Shown here: positions 59,915-64,000 of the stretch, in pieces
How the letters are laid out: each line of letters opens with the position of its first letter
Numbering within the stretch: position 1 is the stretch's first letter
Assembly (NCBI RefSeq): GCF_964213995.1
Contig: NW_027590890.1
Location: 1 to 64,000 of the forward strand
DNA: 64,000 bases
Direction: 5' to 3'
Source of the DNA: Mustelus asterias
Taxonomy: Eukaryota
Program-made: the position numbers and the translations under genes
The notes under the pieces: model-generated
What the model saw: the letters and a program-made list of their open reading frames with translations, nothing else
The model's database searches: none
What the model was told of the DNA's origin: nothing

Positions 59915-62692
59915 TGATCTGGAGATGCTGGTGTTGGATTGGGGTAAACACAGTAAGAAGTCTCACAACACCAGGATAAAGTCCAACAGGTTTATTTGGT
60001 AGCAAAAGCCACTAGCTTTCGGAGCACTGCTCCTTCATCAGGTGAGTGGGAGTTCTGTACACGAACAGGGCACAAAAGACACAAACTCAATTTACAAAAT
60101 AATGGTTGGAATGCGAGTCTTTACAGGTAATCAAGTCTTAAAGGTACAGACAATGTGAGTGGAGACAGCGTTAAGCACAGGTTAAAGTTGGACGGCACAG
60201 TCGGACAGTGGTTAGCACTGCTGCTTCATAGCTCCAGAGACCTGGGTTCGAATCCCTGCTCGGGTCACTGTCTGTGTGGAGTTTGCACATTCTCCCCGTG
60301 TCTGCGTGGGTTTCCTCCGGGTGCTCCGGTTTCCTCCCACAGTCCAAAGATGTGCGGGCTAGGTTGATTGGCCATTCTAAATTGCCCCTTAGTGTCCCGC
60401 GATGCATAGGTTAGAGGGATAAGTGGGTAAATATGTAGGGATATGTGGATAGGGCCTGGGTGGGATTGTGATTGGTGCAGACTCGATGGGCCGAATGGCC
60501 TCTTTCTGTACTGTAGGATTCTATGATTTAAAGAGATGTATATTGTCTCCAGATAGGACAGTGAGATTTTGCAAGCCCAGGCAAGTCGTGGGGGTTACAG
60601 ACAGTGTGACATGAACCCAAGATCCCGGTTTAGGCCGTCCTCATGTGCGCAGAACTTGGCTATCAGTCTCTGCTCAGCGACTCTGCGCTGTCGTGTCGTG
60701 AAGGCCGCCTTGGAGAACGCTTACCCAAAGATCAGAGGCCGAATGCCCATGATCGCTGAAGTGTTCCCCAACAGGAAGAGAACAGTCTTGCCTGGTGATT
60801 GTCGAACGGTGTTCATTCATCCGTTGTCGTAGCGTCTGCATGGTTTCCCCAATGTACCATGCCTCGGGACATCCTTTCCTGCAGTGCATCAGGTCGACAA
60901 CGTTGGTCGAGTTGCAAAAGTATGTACCGTGTACCTGGTGGATGGTGTTCTCACGTGAGATGATGGCATCCGGGTTGATGATCCGGCACGTCTTGCAGAG
61001 GTTGCTGTGGCAGGGTTGTGTGGTGTCGTGGTCACTGTTCTCCTGAAGGCCGAGTAGTTTGCTGCAGACAATGGTCTGTTTCAGATTGTGCAGTCGTTTG
61101 AAGGCAAGATGTGGGGGTGTGGGGATGGCCTTGTCATTGATGAAGACGAGCATCTGGCCATGTTGAAATCATAGAAATCATAGAAACCCTACAGTGCAGA
61201 AGGAGGCCATTCGGCCCATCGAGTCTGCACCGACCACAATCCCACCCAGGCCCTACCCCCACATATTTACCCGCTAATCCCTCTAACCTACACATCCCAG
61301 GACACTAAGGGGCAATTTTTTTTTAACCTGGCCAATCAACCTAACCCGCACATCTTTGGACTGTGGGAGGAAACCGGAGCACCCGGAGGAAACCCACGCA
61401 GACACGAGGAGAATGTGCAAACTCCACACAGACAGTGACCCGAGCCGGGAATCGAACCCGGGACCCTGGAGCTGTGAAGTAGCAGTGCTAACCACTGTGC
61501 TACCGTGCCGCTCCGGAGAAGATGTTGTAGCTTCTCCGCTCCGGGGAAGTACTGGACAACGAAGGGTACTCTGTCCACCGTGTCCCGTGTTTGTCTTCTG
61601 AGGAGGTCGGTGCGGTTTTCCGCTGTGGCGCATCGGAACTGTTGATCGATGAGTTGAGCGCCATATCCTGTACTTACGAGGGTGTCTTTCAGCGTCTGGA
61701 GGTGTCTGTTGCAATCCTCCTCATCCGAGCAGATCCTGTGTATACGGAGGGCTTGACTGTAGGGGATGGCTTCTTTAATGTGTTTAGGGTGGAAGCTGAA
61801 GAAGTGGAGCATCGTGAGGTTATCCGTGGGCTTGCGGTACAGTGAAGTGCGGAGGTGACCATCCTTGATGGAGATGCCTGTGTCCAAGAATGCAACTGAT
61901 TCCGGAGAGTAGTCCATGGTGAGTCTGATGGTGGGATGGAACTTGTTGATGTCATCATATAGTTGTTTCAGTGATTGCTCACCATGAGTCCAAAGGAAGA
62001 AAATGTCATCGATGTATCTAGTGTATAGCATCGGTTGAAGGTCCTGTGCGGTGGAGAGGTCTTGTTCGAACCTGTGCATGAAGATGTTGGCATATTGAGG
62101 TGCGAATTTGGTCCCCATGGCTGTTCCGTGTGTCTGGATGAAGAACTGGTTGTTGAAGGTGAAGACATTGTGGTCCAGGATGAAGCGGGTGAGTTGTAAA
62201 ATTGCATCTGGAAACTGGCAGTTGTCGGCGTTGAGCACTGAGGCCGTTGCAGCAATGCCATCGTCGTGGGGGATGCTGGTATAGAGTGCCGAGACATCCA
62301 TTGTGACGAGGAATGTTCCTGGTTCAACTGCTCCATGTGTGCTGAGTTTCTGTAGGAAGTCTGTAGTGTTGCGACACAAGCTGGGAGTTCTTTGTACAAT
62401 GGGTTTCAGGATGCCCTCGACATAGCCGGAGAAGTTCTCGCACAGGGTTCCATTGCCTGATACGATGGGACGGCCGGGTGTGTTGGCCTTGTGTATCTTC
62501 GGGAGGCAGTAGAGATCTCCAACGTGGGGAGTACGTGGGATGAGAGCACGGAGGGTGCTCTGAAGGTCCAGATCAAAGGTCATGATCAGTCTGTTGAGCT
62601 GACGGGTGTGTTTTTTGGTCGGATCTGCGGGTAACTGTCTGTAATGTTCCCCGTTGTTCAGTTGTTGGTACACTTCTTTGCAGTAATCCGTT
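59915..62692 (-). mobile_element. Penelope-like element (RT + GIY-YIG), with SINEs inserted at 60191-60527 (+) and 61165-61511 (-)
   Basis: LPKIHK, GRPIVS, MDVSALYT, GTAMG and RYIDD; GIY-YIG-type VV-L--C...YIGET. Confidence 0.95.
60009..60045 (-). ncRNA. Minimal hammerhead ribozyme
   Basis: UCAC-CUGAUGA-A-GGAGC(agu)GCUCC-GAAA-GCUA-GUGG. Confidence 0.78.
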
Positions 62693-63888
62693 CTGCACCG
62701 CAAGCCCATGGATAACCTCACGATGCTCCACTTCTCCAGCTTCCACCCTAAACACGTTAAAGAATCCATCCCCTACGGACAAGCCCTCCGTATACACAGG
62801 ATCTGCTCGGATGAGGAGGATCGCAACAGACACCTCCAGATGCTGAAAGGTGCCCTCATAAGAACAGGATATGGCGCTCGACTCATCGATCGACAGTTCC
62901 AACGTGTCACAGCGAACAACCGCACCGACCTCCTCAGGGACACGGTGGACAGAGTGCCCTTCGTCATCCAGTACTCCCCCGGAGCGGAGAAGCTGCAACA
63001 TCTTCTCTGGAGCCTTCAACACGTCATTGATGAAGACGAATATCTCGCCAAGGCCATCCCCACACCTCCACTTCTTGCCTTCTAACAACCGCACAACCTC
63101 AAACAGACCATTGTCCGCAGCAAACTACCCAAGCCTTCAGGAGAACAGTGACCACGACACCACACAACCCTGCCACAGCAACCTCTGCAAGACGTGCCCG
63201 ATCGACACGGATGCCATCATCTCACGTGAGAACACCATCCACCAGGTACACGGTACCTACTCTTGCAACTCGGCCAACGTTGTCTACCTGATACGCTGCA
63301 GGAAAGGATGTCCTGAGGCATGGTACATTGGGGAGACTATGCAGTCGCTACGACAACGGATGAATGAACACCACTCGACAATCACCAGGCAAGACTGTTC
63401 TCTTCCTGTTGGGGAACACTTCAGCGATCATGGGCATTCGGCCTCTGATCTTTGGGTAAGCGTTCTCCAAGGCAGCCTTCACGACACACGACAGTGCAGA
63501 GTCGCTGAGCAGAGACTGATAGCCAAGTTCCGCACACACGAGGACGGCCTCAACCGGGATCTTAGGTTCATGTCACAATATCTGTAACCCCCACAACTTG
63601 CCTGGACTTGCAAAATCTCACTAACTGTCCTGTCTAAAGACAATACACATCTCTTTAACCTGTGCTTAACGCTCTCTCCATTCACATTGTCTGTACCTTT
63701 AAGACTTGATAACCTGTAAAGACTCGCATTCCAATCATTATTTTGTAAATTGAGTTTGTGTTTTTAAAAGCCCCGTTTGTGAACAGAACTTCCACTCACC
63801 TGAAGAAGGGGCAGTGCTCCGAAAGCTAGTGGCTTTTGCTACCAAATAAACCTGTTGGACTTTAACCTGGTGTTGTGAGACTTCTTAC
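62693..63888 (+). mobile_element. Inverted Penelope-like 3' arm (pseudo-LTR)
   Basis: Inverted copy of ~59950-61840. VVYLIRCRKGCPEAWYIGET. Confidence 0.93.
63796..63832 (+). ncRNA. Minimal hammerhead ribozyme
   Basis: UCAC-CUGAAGA-A-GGGGC(agu)GCUCC-GAAA-GCUA-GUGG. Confidence 0.72.
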
Positions 63889-64000
63889 AAGGTAAATCAG
63901 GACAATCGGTTTTTAGTCTCAGACCTTCAGTGTCAGATTGGCAGCGCCACAGGGATTAAACAACATAGAATAAATTAAAAATAAACAGAATAAAACATCA

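Overview
Repeat-rich vertebrate genomic DNA, most likely an elasmobranch (shark), judged from HE1-like tRNA SINEs, CR1, Deu-domain SINE, L2, RTE, Gypsy and Penelope content. Most long ORFs in the track are repeat or gap artefacts. I can reconstruct two convergent spliced genes by hand. (1) An intact BTG3/BTG4-like gene on the + strand: four coding exons from 3755 to 14602, 242 aa. (2) A B7/butyrophilin-type Ig-superfamily receptor on the - strand: signal-peptide exon, two tandem 345-nt IgV exons, a TM exon and three separate in-frame 73-nt terminal tail exons produced by local duplications. Its ATG exon was not identified. The most interesting non-standard signals are: the modular Ig locus; kb-long inverted L2-derived minisatellite arrays bracketing two BTG exons; a Gypsy element with no tRNA PBS whose post-LTR 12-mer is complementary to its own LTR AATAAA region; three Penelope-associated minimal hammerhead ribozymes, one next to a long fold-back hairpin; a palindromic DNA transposon carrying an rpl39 fragment; and an 8-copy array of SINE Pol III promoter heads between the two genes. 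Exon, LTR and ribozyme coordinates were counted by hand. Repeat boundaries are approximate. No database searches were run.
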